From Octopus vulgaris (Eukaryota): a stretch of 64,000 bases of DNA. Of this stretch, positions 1 to 15,889 are shown piece after piece (within the stretch, counting starts at the first letter, position 1; every line of letters starts with the position of its first letter). The translations under genes and the position numbers were made by a program. The notes under the pieces are model-generated. The model was not told the origin of the DNA, did not search any database, and saw only the letters and a list, made by a program, of their open reading frames with translations. The DNA is taken from positions 110,670,001-110,734,000 of the forward strand of contig OX597819.1 of the NCBI GenBank assembly GCA_951406725.2, in the 5' to 3' direction.

Positions 1-195
1 TATGTTTGTGTGTCTGTGTTTGTCCCCGCAACATCGCTTGACAGCCGACGGTGGTGTGTTTGCGGGCCCGTAACTGAGCGGTTCGGCAAAAGAGGCGGAT
101 AGAATAAGTACTAGGCTTTTGCTCGATTAAAGGCGGTGCTCCAGCATGGCCGCAGCCAAATGACTGAAACATGTAAAAGAGTAAAAGAGTAAAGA
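1..195 (+). mobile_element. SINE family A, 3' half (cut by window edge)
   Basis: Matches the 3' half of the full copy at 32202-32610 (gtgtttgtcccc..aacatcgcttgaca..cggttcggcaaaaga..ggcggtgctccagcatggccgcag..tgactgaaac) and ends in a (gtaaaaga)n tail. Confidence 0.85.
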
Positions 196-257
196 GATAT
201 GGTTTTTATTTTCGTGCTGACCACCTCATAAAATCATGTATGATTTTATCCGTTGTC

Positions 258-354
258 ATATATGTGTATATATATATATACATACATATAAATATATATA
301 TATATATATATATACATATATACACACACATATATATATATGAATGTATAACTA

Positions 355-415
<61 letters not shown>

Positions 416-474
416 ATATATATATATAATATACAGACAGACATACATACATACACACACAAACACACACATGC

Positions 475-516
<42 letters not shown>

Positions 517-733
517 TCAGGTTCTGACCTCTAATTTCCTGTTCCGGTTGCATTTGAATATTTTTCCACTACAAAGCATAATAGTAATATGTAGACGAAA
601 AGATTCTATCAAATGTTTATGTGAGGTGTGTGTGTGTGTGTGTACATGTGCCTATATGACATATATTTGTGTATATATACGCACGCGCACACGCACATAC
701 ACGCACCCATTCATACATACTCTCATACATACA

Positions 734-772
<39 letters not shown>

Positions 773-834
773 GCTGTAGTGTGTACACATAAATCCGCAT
801 GCGCAAATATGCCTGATTATAGACATATAAATAC

Positions 835-891
<57 letters not shown>

Positions 892-894
892 TAG

Positions 895-925
<31 letters not shown>

Positions 926-1038
926 GATAGACGGAAAAGGTTAGAAAGAAAGAAAGAAAGAAGACAAGGGAGAAAGATAGAGAAATATACATATAAAGAA
1001 ACCTACCAACCCGCACATACACACATAAACAGATACAC

Positions 1039-1084
<46 letters not shown>

Positions 1085-1254
1085 CTACACTCACATACAC
1101 ACACATACACACATATGCAAGCATTAATGCCGCAACTAAATGGCTAAACTCGGAATAATTTTTAGAGAGTGTATAAGTCTTTGTACAACTATACGTCTAT
1201 GTACGTCTGTTTTTCTATATGTACGTGTGTATAGGAAAATATAGCACGGACTGC

Positions 1255-1291
<37 letters not shown>

Positions 1292-1467
1292 GTCTGTATG
1301 TGGATGTCTGTAAGTAAGCAAATTAGCCGATAGCTATATCTGGACTGCTTATTTATCCACTTGTTTGTGAAGATATAAACCAAATCGGTTGCAAAATCCG
1401 ATATATTTGTACAATAGAGCGCTCATAAAAACAACAGCCGACAGGGTAGATATACTGTCTACACACA

Positions 1468-1550
<83 letters not shown>

Positions 1551-2360
1551 AAACTCACATACACACACATACACACACACACACATTCTCCCACATATAT
1601 ATATGTATGTATGTATGTAAGTATGTATGTATGTATGCTAGACTGATGAAAGTGTGTATAAAGATATATGTGCTTATTTACATGCCTCTGCATATAATTA
1701 GTATGTGTGTATATATATACATATATGTATATGTATATATATATATGTGTAGTATATATATATGTATGTCTATACATACATTGTATATATATGTACATAT
1801 ATATACATATGTATATATATTATATATGTATATATATTGTATATATATAAATATATAGATATATAGACTACATATAGAAATAGCATGTAAACATATATCA
1901 ATAATTACTGTAAATATCCGTGCGGTTATATACACGTCTGAATGTATGTATACCTACCAACATACATGTATACATACATACATACATACATACATACATA
2001 CATACATACATACATACATACATACATACATGTACATATGTACCTCTGTGTAACATAGTATATATATATATATATAAATTTAAATATGTGTGTATGTACG
2101 CATATATATATATGTATATATATGTGTGTGTGTGTGTGTGTGCGTGTGTGTGTGGTGTGTGTGTATGTTAGAGAGAGAGAGGGAGAAGATGAATGTGATA
2201 CGTAGATAAACAATTGAATATATATGTGTGTATATATACATATATATATATGTATATATACATATATATATATGTATGTATGTATGTATGTCTGTATGTA
2301 TGCATGCATGTATGTATGTATGTATGTATGTATGTATGTATGTATGTATGTATGTATGTA
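258..2360. repeat. Compound microsatellite field (TA)n,(CA)n,(GATA)n,(GACA)n,(TACA)n
   Basis: Directly visible; the source of the YI/CV/HT low-complexity ORFs. Confidence 0.95.
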
Positions 2361-2800
2361 TCCAACTACAATGCGATGATGTATACAGAAGCGTTAGGAA
2401 CTGGCATAACACTCCAGGCAAACCGACGTGAAATGCCGCTTGCGGCTGTACAGGCCATTAAAGCAGGAGAATCAGGCTCGCAGACTTTACAAGAATTATG
2501 ATTGGTGGCAGAAATCAGTGAAATAGTATTAATATATAAGAGCCTCATGTTATTATTGTTTGTTTTTGGTGTTTTTAGAATTTATTGTTTATTGTTTTCT
2601 TTACGTATTATATCTGTTTGGTTGAAGAATATTCTTATTTTGTGTGTTTTTTTTTTTCCTTTTTGTTTTACTTGTGTTCATCTGGTGGAAGTGTTATGAT
2701 GGAGTATGTAACGTGCGATTTAGTTGCGTGATTTTGTTGTTTTCGCTGGTTGTAGCAGTCTGAGCACATCCCCACTCGCTCAGAAAACTCATATACGTGC

Positions 2801-2881
<81 letters not shown>

Positions 2882-2938
2882 CATACATGCGTACATACAT
2901 ACATACATAATACATACATACATACATACATACATACA

Positions 2939-2972
<34 letters not shown>

Positions 2973-3019
2973 GATAAATACATACATACATATAGAGATA
3001 GATACATACATACATATAT

Positions 3020-3670
3020 ACATATTTACGTACGTGTGTATATACGTATATCTGTAGGTATACATGTAGAAAGATAGAGAGACCAACGACAGATCCATGT
3101 GTACATGTACATGCGTACGTATATACATACATACATACATGTATACATACATACATACATACATAAATACATGTATAGATAAATATATACATACATATAT
3201 ACATACATACGTACGTGTGTATGTGCGTATATCTGTAGGTATACATGTGTAGAAAGATAGACAGACCAAGGACAAATCCATGTGTACATGTACATGCGTA
3301 CGTACATACATACATACATACATACATGTATACATACATACGCACATACATAAATGCATATATAGATAAATATATACATACATATATACATACGTACGTA
3401 CTACGTACGTGCGTATATCTGTAGGTATACATGTGTAGAAAGATAGACAGACCAAGGACAGATCCATGTGTACATGTACATGCGTACGTACGTACATACA
3501 TACATACATCATACATACATACATACATACATATATAGATAAATACATACATATATACATACATACGTACTACGTACGTGCGTATATCTGTAGGTATACA
3601 TGTGTAGAAAGATAGACAGACCAAGGACAGATCCATGTGTACATACGTACATGCGAACGTGCGTACGTAC
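3020..3670. repeat. Minisatellite, ~4 copies of a ~170-185 bp unit
   Basis: Core cgtatatctgtaggtatacatgtgtagaaagatagacagaccaaggacagatccatgtgtacat recurs at ~3046, ~3226, ~3412 and ~3581, separated by variable (TACA)n. Confidence 0.9.
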
Positions 3671-3772
3671 ATATATATATATATACATACATACATATAT
3701 ACATACATGCATACATACATACGTACATACATACATAGGTAGATATATATGTTTATAGATAGATAGATAGAC

Positions 3773-3825
<53 letters not shown>

Positions 3826-3896
3826 TGTAGGTAGGTAGGTAGGTAGGTAGGTAGGTAGGTAGGTAGGTAGGTGTGTAGGTATGTGGTAGGTAGATA

Positions 3897-4416
3897 AGTT
3901 TCTTTATTGGCCACACAGGGCTGCACAAAGATGGGAAAGTTACAAGGTAGAGCTTTTCTTTTGAGGGATGAAAAAAACAAAAAACAAAAAGAAACAAAAA
4001 AAGGGGTGGCGTAGGTTTTCGATCAAGAGGGATCGTAAAAGGGAAGAAAAGAACAAAAAACAAAATAAATAAAATAAAAAAAGAAAAATACAAAAAAAGA
4101 AAAGGAAAAGGAACAAAAGAAAAGAGAAATGGAAAAAGAAGAAAAAGGGAAAAAAAGGGGAAGAGGAAAAAAACGATCAATAGGGATCGTGTATCACAGT
4201 GTTATGATATATGGTGTAAAGGGGAAAGCAAGTAAGGTTTATCCGTGGGAAGAAAAGCCTACGAAAAAGACCACGGTAACCTTGGTCAATATTGTTATAT
4301 GTTACCACATTTGTTTGCAAGTGGGTAACCCTCTGTTTTCAATTTCTGGGTTCATAGGATTATGCTCAAGGTGGCTTCGTCATTCATACGTGCCATCCTT
4401 GCTACATTCACCCATG
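3897..4416 (-). mobile_element. 5'-truncated L1/Tx1-like LINE 3' end (ORF2 C-terminus + 3' UTR)
   Basis: Minus strand reads WVNVARMARMNDEATLSIIL*, then a T-rich 3' UTR ending ccctgtgtggccaataaagaaact (AATAAA). Both flanks are (GATA)/(GGTA) repeats. Clade assignment is from recall. Confidence 0.55.
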
Positions 4417-4657
4417 TAGATAAATAGATAGACAGGTAGATTTGATGGATGGATGGATAGATGGATACATTCATACATACATACATATATAGATGTAGAA
4501 AGAAAGATACATACATACTGATATACACGTGCCTATGCACATAGGTAGATACATACAAACATACGTACATACGTGCATACGCACATAGGTAGATACATAC
4601 ATACATACATATATACAAACATACATATATACATACATACATACATACATAGGTACA

Positions 4658-4691
<34 letters not shown>

Positions 4692-4925
4692 CATACATAT
4701 ATACATACATACTTACATACATACATACGTAAGCAGATACCGAGATGATTATATAGATGGATATACGCATAAATAAAAATTCATATGTACACACATACGT
4801 AAATACATATGTATTCGTGTTAAGGTATCCCTATTTGGAAGTGCCTCCGTCTATTTCTGCCCTTCTTTCTAAATCGTAACAACTTAGCAAACTCCCTATT
4901 TTTCTGCTTATACATTCCAACTTTC

Positions 4926-5012
<87 letters not shown>

Positions 5013-5330
5013 CTTATCTATCTATCTATCTATCTTTCTATCGATCGATCAATCGATCGATCGATCGATCTGTGTATTATCCGTTTATCTTTATACCTTC
5101 TTTTATTATTCGATTTTCGCTCCATGCATGTATATCATTTTTATGTCAATTTCTCTCGTCCGCTATCTCTCTCGCTTTCAACTTTTATAATACATGTGTG
5201 TGTGTATGTGTGTGTGTGTGTGTATGCATATACACACACACACATATATATACATATATATATACGCGCGCACACACACACACACACATATATATTGTAT
5301 ATATTGTATGTCTATATCTATGTATAGAAT

Positions 5331-5367
<37 letters not shown>

Positions 5368-5593
5368 AAAACAAGTAAAAAAATAGAAAATGCTAAAATA
5401 ATTTTATAGTGAACATTTCAGCACCGGCCTCGGTCACCCCGAGACCCCTTCAACTGCAACGATCAAATAATTAAATCTAGAAAAATCAGAAGAAAAGGCC
5501 TGAAGTGGCTGTGTTTCTCATTGTATTCAACATTTTTTTATGTCCTATACCCATATATGCATGTATATATACATATATATGTAGGTGTGTACA

Positions 5594-5703
<110 letters not shown>

Positions 5704-5891
5704 GATAGATAGACAGATAGGCGCTGCAGTGGCTGTGTTTCTCATTGTATTCAACATTTTTTTATGTCCTATACCCATATATGCATGTATATATACATAT
5801 ATATGTAGGTGTGTACATATATGTATGTATATATGCATATATTTATATATTATTTATATTATTATTATATATATATATACATGTATGTATT

Positions 5892-5966
<75 letters not shown>

Positions 5967-6627
5967 GACGAGCTTCTTTCAGTTATAAACACACACGCTC
6001 ACATACCCGCAATTACTAGACGGTAACGTTTTAAATGCCACTGTAACATGGCTGTTCTATAAAGAACTATCTTACTACATGTTAACCCCCAGGAAAACGT
6101 CTTTTCTAGCTGGTTAACGACCCGCAAACTGTGTCCGATATATTGTGAGTAAGGGACCGAACGACTCCCCTGCAGCTTGACAGGGAAGTGATTTGTATGT
6201 GTACATGATATATATATATATACGTTTATATATTTGTTGTGCAAGATTTTTTATGTGAAGTCGTGTGTTGAAACAGATATTGTTATATTTCGGAATGGTC
6301 ATTTTGACAGTTTAGCCAATAAATATATGTAAATAAATTTTATCAATGTAGTTATATAGTAGTTATATATGTAGTTTGTTTCGAGACGCATAAATTATAA
6401 TGGTTAATGACAATTTTGTCGTTTTTTCGGCATATTTGGCATTAGAATTTTTCTTTTGCCCTTATTTTGTAAATTATTTATAAATTTAACTTTTAAATGT
6501 ATTTTTTGATATGCTGGCCATTGATAAAATTTTTTTACATATATATATTAGCTAAACTAGCAAAATGACCATTCCGAAATATAACAATATTTATTTATAC
6601 ATATATACATATAGACATATATATATA

Positions 6628-6687
<60 letters not shown>

Positions 6688-6761
6688 TGTGCGTATGTGG
6701 ACGGAGGTAACATTTTTTTGCGTATTTGTGGGAGCGTGACTTTTTGCGCATGCGTGCGCTT

Positions 6762-6940
6762 TCATCGCGGTCTTATAGCGACGAAAATATTTTGACAAAT
6801 TAAACTTAAATGTTGAAGTGAATCGAACGGCTTTTGTGTGTTTCTTAAATGGCTTACAAACATCTTCCACGCTGCAATTGTTTTCGTTCCAGCACACGAT
6901 CTCAGATCAAATCACTTGGTATGCAAGTACATCTCCGTAA
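6762..6940 (-). repeat. Dispersed repeat family D (probable Penelope pseudo-LTR piece)
   Basis: Reverse complement of 39218-39392 (ttacggagatgtacttgcat..gatcgtgtgctg..ttcaacatttaagtttaatttgtcaaaatattttcgtcgct). Confidence 0.7.
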
Positions 6941-7273
6941 ATAAATATGTTTTATTTTAGAAACATACATAGGCTTCAAAATATTTCCGTGCTTTTAATC
7001 TGAATTCCCGTGCCAACATACTGAAGACCTATGTTTATCTTTGCTTCAATTTTTTTTACTGGAAACCTATGTCTATCTTTGTTTCCGTTATTAGACTGAG
7101 GCCATGCTGGGGCACCGCCTTGATGAATTCCAGTCGAATGAACCGACACTTTCCCCCAACCAGTATATTTTCTAATGCTTAGTACTTATTCAAACGGTGT
7201 CTGTAGCCGAACTGCTAGGTTACGATGATGTAAATACATCGACACGAGTTGTCAAGCAGCAAGGGGGGAAAGT

Positions 7274-7336
<63 letters not shown>

Positions 7337-7501
7337 ATATATGTATATGTATATACGTACTTTTTTTTATTTCTGCTATCACAAAATAATCACTGTGTGG
7401 TAATGGTGATCAATTTTGCAGCTTTAATAAAAATCATATTATTCTACCTTTGTTATTCGAGTACTATTTTCTCCACCTTGTTTTGCACTTATGTACCCAC
7501 T

Positions 7502-7539
<38 letters not shown>

Positions 7540-7564
7540 TGCATGTGCATGCGGCATAAACGTG

Positions 7565-7654
<90 letters not shown>

Positions 7655-7676
7655 GTGTCGTGATATATATATATAT

Positions 7677-7722
<46 letters not shown>

Positions 7723-7730
7723 TTGAATCT

Positions 7731-7945
7731 ATAGTTAATCTAAACATGGAGAAAGAGAAAACACAACAACGCGAGGACGTGGAACAAGTATAGCGTCATT
7801 GGACGCTAGGAAAGGAAAGAAAAAGGAGGATTTCAACGTTTCGAGCGGAGCTCTTCGTCAGAAACATAGAGAAAGGAAAGGTCCAAGGAAAGGAAAACGG
7901 AGAAAGAAAATCAATCGCCAACGATACATACGCGGTCACATATTG
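7731..7945 (-). mobile_element. ~200-bp hammerhead-bearing module (Penelope pLTR-like), copy 1
   Basis: Homologous to 28762-28967 and 63448-63600 (agttaatc..aacacaacaacgcgaggacgtggaacaa..aacgtttcgagcggagctcttcgtc). Confidence 0.75.
7831..7865 (-). ncRNA. Minimal type I hammerhead ribozyme motif
   Basis: Minus strand: GTTT CTGACGA A GAGC-TCC-GCTC GAA ACGT T GAAA. Core intact, stem III palindromic (ACGT), stem I weak. Confidence 0.65.
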
Positions 7946-8011
7946 AAATGATCAGAAGGGAATGAGCGAAGAAAAAGTTCTAGAATGGATTGAAGGTCTT
8001 GGAGGAAGGAA

Positions 8012-8250
8012 TGGCGAGCTGGCAAAGGCAGCGAGCTGGCAGAAACGTTAGCATGCCGGGCGAAATGCGTAGCCGTATTTCATCTGTCGCTACGTTCTGA
8101 GTTCAAATCCGCCGAGGTCGACTTTCCTTTTCATCCTTTCGGGGTCGATAAATTAAGTACCAGTTACGCACTGGGGTCGATGTAATCGACTTAATCCATT
8201 TGTCTGTCCTTGTTTGTCCCCTCTGTGTTTAGCCCCTTGTGGGCAATAAA
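8012..8250 (+). mobile_element. SINE family B
   Basis: ggcagcgagctggcagaaacgttagc head, B-box-like gagttcaaatcc, then gtcgacttt..catcctttcggggtcgataaa body shared with 10063, 17450, 33163 and 37680. Confidence 0.85.
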
Positions 8251-8251
8251 A

Positions 8252-8284
<33 letters not shown>

Positions 8285-8586
8285 AAGAGGGGAGAGGGAG
8301 AGAGAGATAAGGGAACAGTGATATGGCGAGGGTTTACTGTATACGAGAGACTTTATTGTTCACAACGATCGTTTCGACGCATCCTGCATCGACCCCTCGC
8401 GGGTGGGATACTGCACAAGTGGTTTTGATGCATCGCGCGATGTAGCCGCATCTCCACGGGTGATGTTATGAGGGGTATCTCGTTAGATATATACTATCTA
8501 TGAATGCCGTGGATGACGCCAGGTAGACATAGGCAATGAACATACCCGACACTTAAATATAATATGTATATGTATGTGTGTGTATA

Positions 8587-8752
8587 TACGACGGGCTTCT
8601 TTCAGTTTCTCTCTACCACATCTGCTCACAAGGCTTTAGTCGGTCCGAGGCGGCAGCAGAAAACACTTTCCCAAGTTACCATTTAGTAGGATTGAACGTG
8701 GGACCATGAAATTGGGAAGCAAACTTCTTACCACACGTCTACAGCTGTGCCT
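8587..8752 (-). mobile_element. SINE family A, 5' half
   Basis: Reverse complement of the family A head and body (..gaaactgaaagaagcccgtcgta). Confidence 0.75.
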
Positions 8753-9050
8753 AGTATTTTGTATTTAAAATGTAGAATTTCACTTCCTTCACGTGAACTG
8801 TATTCACAGTAATACAAATGAGAGTATTAGATGGAAACAATTTAACGGTGAATACTAATAAGTGAATTTCGAAATCCCAGTTTCCGGTGGCGCAACATCA
8901 GTAATTGCAGTAGTAAATTTGTTACAGTACAGTGGAAAACAGGTAGTGAAAACTAAAAACCACAAGGTAATTCGATACTAAACAACGCAGTGATGATCCT
9001 CTCAAAAATGTTCATAAATACAGGAGTGATTATCGTATGAACTAGAAACA

Positions 9051-9163
9051 TAGGCGTAGGAGTGGCTGTGTGGTAAGTAGCTTGTTTATGAACCACATTG
9101 TCCCGGGTTCAGTCCCACTGCGTGTCACCTTGGGCAGGTGTCTTCTACTATAGTCTCGGGCCT
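9051..9163 (+). mobile_element. SINE family A, 5' fragment
   Basis: taggcgtaggagtggctgtgtggtaag (A box) ... gggttcagtccc (B box) ... caccttgggcaggtgtcttctactatag. Confidence 0.8.
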
Positions 9164-10062
9164 ACTTGGCCAGTCGTGTCAAGAGGTACACAGCGGTGGA
9201 AGGAGTCCAGGAAAGGTTCTGATGAGGCCCTGACTAAATATACAAAGTGATTGTTTCCAGGGAGCCCTATCCCGTGAAGGTGTCCTTATAGAAGTCAATA
9301 TTTTAGTTTTAAAACAGTCGCTTTCGATATATTCTTTCAGGTGTAAAAATTTCGTAGTAATTATCTCTCGTTACGTAGTGGAGGAATCATCTCTTCGTAA
9401 GAATAAATCCATGTCGGTCGTCAGCAGAAATTGTTTCGAATTCACAGCCACAAATTTTCAAATATATGTCGTCCTCTGACGGACAGTTACTTCAAGGGAG
9501 ATAATCATTTCTTCATAATATTTATAAATACATAAATGTATACATGTACATATGCACATTCACGCATACATACATACATGCATACGTTTCTGGGTGGTGG
9601 GGTGGGGTGCACGTGTTGTTTGTATAAGTCAAATGGCTGAAAGCAACAAAAGTCAAGCTAAACTATATCCTTCATTACGAAAGATATAAAACGCCCTGGA
9701 GCAATTTTGTTTCATCATCAGAAGTTGTATTTAAATCTCAAACTGTTTGCATTTAAATGTATTATATACATACATAAATGCACATGCATAAAAAAGCACA
9801 CACACACACACACACACACACGCACAAACACACATACACTTACACTCACACACATATATACACACACGAGATGTCCATTGTGTTGTCATATGTAAAATGT
9901 TATGATATGATATACACATGCTGTACTCGTAACCTGACACAAATATATATTTATTTAGAAGGCTATTCTGCGACATTTTCAAATTAACACTTCTTAAAAA
10001 TCATATTTTTTCTCCACGCTACGATAACGTCTCGTATATTGATAGCATCTACTTATATATAT

Positions 10063-10292
10063 TTCTTTACTACCCACAAGGGGCTAAACACAGAGGAGAC
10101 AAACAAGGACAGACAAACGGATTAAGTCGATTACATCGACCCCAGTGCGTAACTGGTACTTAATTTATCGACCCCCGAAAGGATGAAAGGCAAAGTCGAC
10201 CTCGGCGGAATTTGAACTCGGAACGTAACGGCAGACGAAATACGGCAACGCATTTCGCCCGGCGTGCTAACGTTTCTGCCAGCTCGCCGCCT
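10063..10292 (-). mobile_element. SINE family B, full length
   Basis: Reverse complement of 33163-33400. Confidence 0.9.
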
Positions 10293-10509
10293 TATATATT
10301 GTCTACTTATATATTGTGGAGCTTCTTTGAGTTTGAACATTTCTCATGTTTTTTTTTTTTCAGTTGAGGAATTTCATACGTCAAACCGTGCTGTCGTTTA
10401 TACAAGTTTACTGATTTGCTACCTCCTGACAATTTTTATTAACGATGGAATTAGATTGGTCAGAAACTTTCAGTGGATTCGTTAGTAAAACCATGTTCTG
10501 GTGTTCTAA

Positions 10510-10750
10510 TAAGCTAGGAGTCCAGTTTGCTGGACATTGTTGTAGAGCTGTAAACGAGGCAATTTCTACTCTTCTCCTCTGGAAGTTATCTACTCGCGAT
10601 ACCAGAGGGCGCACACTCTCCTACCCTGATGTAATCTCCAGGGATACAGGCATCCAGCAACAGGACCTCCGTAATGCTATGATGGACCGTAAAGTCTGGT
10701 GCAACATAGTAAGTTCCATTGTCTTGACCACGGTCGAACAATGATGATGT
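10510..10750 (+). mobile_element. RTE-like LINE 3' end
   Basis: GVQFAGHCCRAVNEAISTLLLWK..RGRTLSYPDVI..AMMDRKVW is an RTE-type ORF C-terminus, followed by a (TGA)n tail. Confidence 0.75.
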
Positions 10751-10778
10751 CCTTGAGTTGCATTGTTTCGTGAATATA

Positions 10779-11990
10779 CAGGGTGCGTAAGATATTTGAC
10801 GACAGATTTATGTTTATAATGAAAATAGATATATACAATAACAGATAATAACTTAACTTATCAAAAAATGCTATGAGGATAAAAATAAACATTCTTTTCT
10901 ATAATGTTATTCAATAAAGCCACCTTCAGCTTCAACAACTACTTCTATATGAGATCTAAATCATCTACATGCTTGAATCAAGTGGTCCTGGTTCATTTTG
11001 GACATTACTCTGACTATGGCAGCTTTCAAAGTGTTATGGGTATGTTCATTGACTTCTCTCTCAACAATGCTCCACATGTAATAGTACAATGGACTGAGAT
11101 CTGGGGAATTAGGAGGCCAAATGTTAGAGGTTATGTGATCATGAAAATTTTCAGTCATCTATTCCTATCTTACTAGAGATATGTATGACAGTGCAGAGTC
11201 TTACTGAAACACATATGACCTTCCATTGCATACACTGTCTATTCAGGGCTTAACAATTATTTCCAGGACCTCAGTGTAGGCGGCAGTGTTAACTCTAAGG
11301 CCTTGTGGGAAGAAGTAAGGAAGCGTCAAATGCCTTTCATTGCTGACAACCCCTAAAACCATGATAGTTGCAGAAAATTTTGTATAGATAACACTCGGAA
11401 CTTCAGAAGAGTCTGCACATAAACATCTGTCATTTCTTCTGTTAACATCTTGATCTTGGTCGAAGTTTTTCTCGTTTGAGAAAAGCCAACTGAAATCTTC
11501 TGCTGGATTTTTCAGTTTCTTTAAGAGCTTTTTAGATCTGATGTAGTGATTTTCTTTTGCTTCTCCTGACAAATTGACCTTTCTTCATCATATAAGACTT
11601 ATATCTGATGTCTTCGTGGACAACATTTCTGACTGTTCCTTCTGACACATGGAGATCTTTTTCAATTGACCTCATGGATTTTCGGGATTGTGACCAATGG
11701 TCTGTTGAACTTACTGGATAAATTCATGTGTTCTGATGATTCCAGAGCATTTAGCATGCTTTTTAAGCTTTGATACTGGCGATATGATCTTCAGTCTCTA
11801 GCTCCTTACAAACTTTGTAGACGAAAAATCTGGCAACTTTTAAAACTCGAGATGTTTCTAAATCGCTATGCTCAAGCTTTACAACCAAAATAACAGCGTG
11901 CCTCTTCATTTCATGAGTAACTTGAGGGTGTGACATTATTATTTTCTGAAACAAAGATTAAACAGAGTCAGCAAAAAGTGCACTTATCAG
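10779..11990 (-). mobile_element. Decayed Tc1/mariner maT (DD37D-like) transposon
   Basis: Terminus TA-CAGGGTGCG. Minus-strand transposase pieces: HTH start (11763-11954), WLFSNEKNF..IMVLGVVS..LEIIVKP, YVFQ*DSA, WPPNSPDLSPLYYYMWS. Stops and frameshifts present; the other TIR was not found. Confidence 0.8.
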
Positions 11991-12019
11991 AGTGTGCGCA
12001 GATTACAATATTTACATTA

Positions 12020-12150
12020 TTTACAACTGACGGATATTTGTCCTCATCTTGTTTGTTGTTAACACGTTTCGGTTGATATACCCTCCAACCTTCATCAGGA
12101 GTCTTGGGGAAATTTCGAACCTGGGTTCTTATTCCTTAGGTATTTTTCGA
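12020..12150 (-). mobile_element. Penelope pLTR-like fragment with degenerate hammerhead (12061-12103)
   Basis: Minus strand: CTGATGA A GGTTG-gagggtatat-CAACC GAAAC GT. Stems I and III are imperfect. Confidence 0.6.
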
Positions 12151-12181
<31 letters not shown>

Positions 12182-12228
12182 GTTATTATTATTATTATTA
12201 TTATTATTGTTATTATTATTGTTGTTAA

Positions 12229-12304
<76 letters not shown>

Positions 12305-12321
12305 ATTATTATTATTATTAT

Positions 12322-13184
12322 TCAGTAGTTTTATTTTTATAGCGTGCTTTCACTTCACTACCGAGCACAGCTCTGTGTGCCTTGGGTATGTGCTGTGATT
12401 TGTTGTGATGCTCTGATGGTTATTGTATGGAAAGTGTTCTGCGTAGGATGTGTGCAGTGCCTAGTAGTGCAATTTTCTGTATGTTATATGTGTTTGTAAG
12501 TCCTGGTGTTTTTGTTATGTATTTGTCTGAATATTTTTTTATCATGCCTAATGCACCTACTATGATAGGAATTGTTTCTGTTTTCAGATTCCACATTCTA
12601 GTTACCTCTATTTCCAGGTCTTTGTATTTTGAGAGTTTCTCCATTTCTTTTAGAGACACGTTGTCATCAGCCGGTATTGATACATCAATTAGAAAGCATT
12701 TTTTTTCTTCATGATCTCTGACAACTATATCTGGTCTGTTGGCCTTAATTTCTCTATCTGTGTGTATCGGCATATCCCAGAGTATGGTTGCTTTCTCGTT
12801 TTCTGTGACCTTTTCTGGTGTGTGCCTATACCATCTTTTTCTGTTGTTATTCCATAATGTTGGCATAGCTTCCAATGTATGTAGGTTCCAACTCTGTCAT
12901 GTCTGTGAATATATTCCTTCTTAGCCAAGACTGGGCAGCTAGAGATAATATGATTTATTGTTTCTTGTCCATCTCCACATATTCTGCAGTTACTTGTAAT
13001 AATTCTTTTCATTACATGTTTTTGGTAATTTCTGGTGGGGAGGCTTTGGTCTTGTGCTGCAATTAAAAATCCCTCTGTTTCTGCTTTGAGTCCTGAGCTT
13101 CTCAACCATTGCTGGGATTTTTCTTTGTCTATTTCTTTTGCGTTTAGTTTAGTCCAGTATTTACCATGAAGGGGCTTTTCTTCT
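12322..13184 (-). mobile_element. 5'-truncated R4/Dong-like non-LTR retrotransposon (CCHC zinc knuckle + RLE endonuclease + 3' UTR)
   Basis: LKAETEGFLIAAQDQ, CRICG..ETINHIISSC, RHD, ILWD, NRPDIVV, IDVSIP, KLSKYKDL, IVGALG, ALLGTAHILRR*. One frameshift near 12835. (TAA)n on both sides. Confidence 0.9.
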
Positions 13185-13195
13185 TATTATTATTA

Positions 13196-13250
<55 letters not shown>

Positions 13251-13270
13251 CATCATCATTATCATCATCA

Positions 13271-15065
<1,795 letters not shown>

Positions 15066-15889
15066 ATTCAGTATATGTTTAAGTGTGGTAGGTGGTATGT
15101 CACTGATGTAGGCGTCTGAAGGTGCGTCAAGATTTCTATGTTTTTCATTGTATCAGTTGGTATATCAGCTCATCAGGCGGTGCACCAGCACTAAAAACAG
15201 CGAAAGAATGAAGGTAGTGTGTGAAAGAGAGAGAGAGTGTGTATGCGCGTGAGTGCTTGTATGTGTGTGCGTGTGCGTGCACGTATGTAAGTGTGTACTT
15301 GTATGTGTCTTCATGTGTGTATATGTTCGTATATATGTGTATGCGTGTGTGTGTGTGTGCATGCCAAATGCACAGATATTTCTGTATATCTGACAGTGTG
15401 AGAAAGCTCGAAATCGCGTGTGTAACACGTATTTGTATGCATGTGTCTTTGTGTGTGAGAAATTTTGTGCAGGTTTGATGCGTCTGTCAGACTGTGACGG
15501 TTTCCACAGAGTGTGTGAGTACGTGTGTGTATACATATGTATGTCTGTGTGCGCGTACATGTGTGTTGTTGATGCGTGTGCGTTTAAGTATGCATATGCG
15601 GTTTGTCGCGCTGTCACTGAGTCACGACAGAGTTTCTCGGTGTCCCACTAACTGTCAAGGTGTACCATCAGTATGTGTATGTGTTATTGTGTGTGGGCAC
15701 GTGTGAGCGCGCATGTGCGCATATGTGCGTATATCTATGGGCACCGACGTATATATGTGTGTGTGAGTGAGTGGGTTTCTGTGTATGTGAAATTGCGGAT
15801 GGGGATGTGTGAGATTAAGTATGTGTGTCCCCAGAAATGGTTCGTGCTAGCTTGCAAATATTTCCTGGCAAATAAGCCGCCAGGCCTCC

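Noticed and set aside
3020-3670. Repeat-spacer pattern superficially like a CRISPR array
   Set aside because: The repeats are >60 bp, the spacers are (TACA)n microsatellite, the context is eukaryotic and there are no cas genes.
9219-9290. CTGATGAG hammerhead-like core
   Set aside because: No GAAA/stem III or stem I follows.
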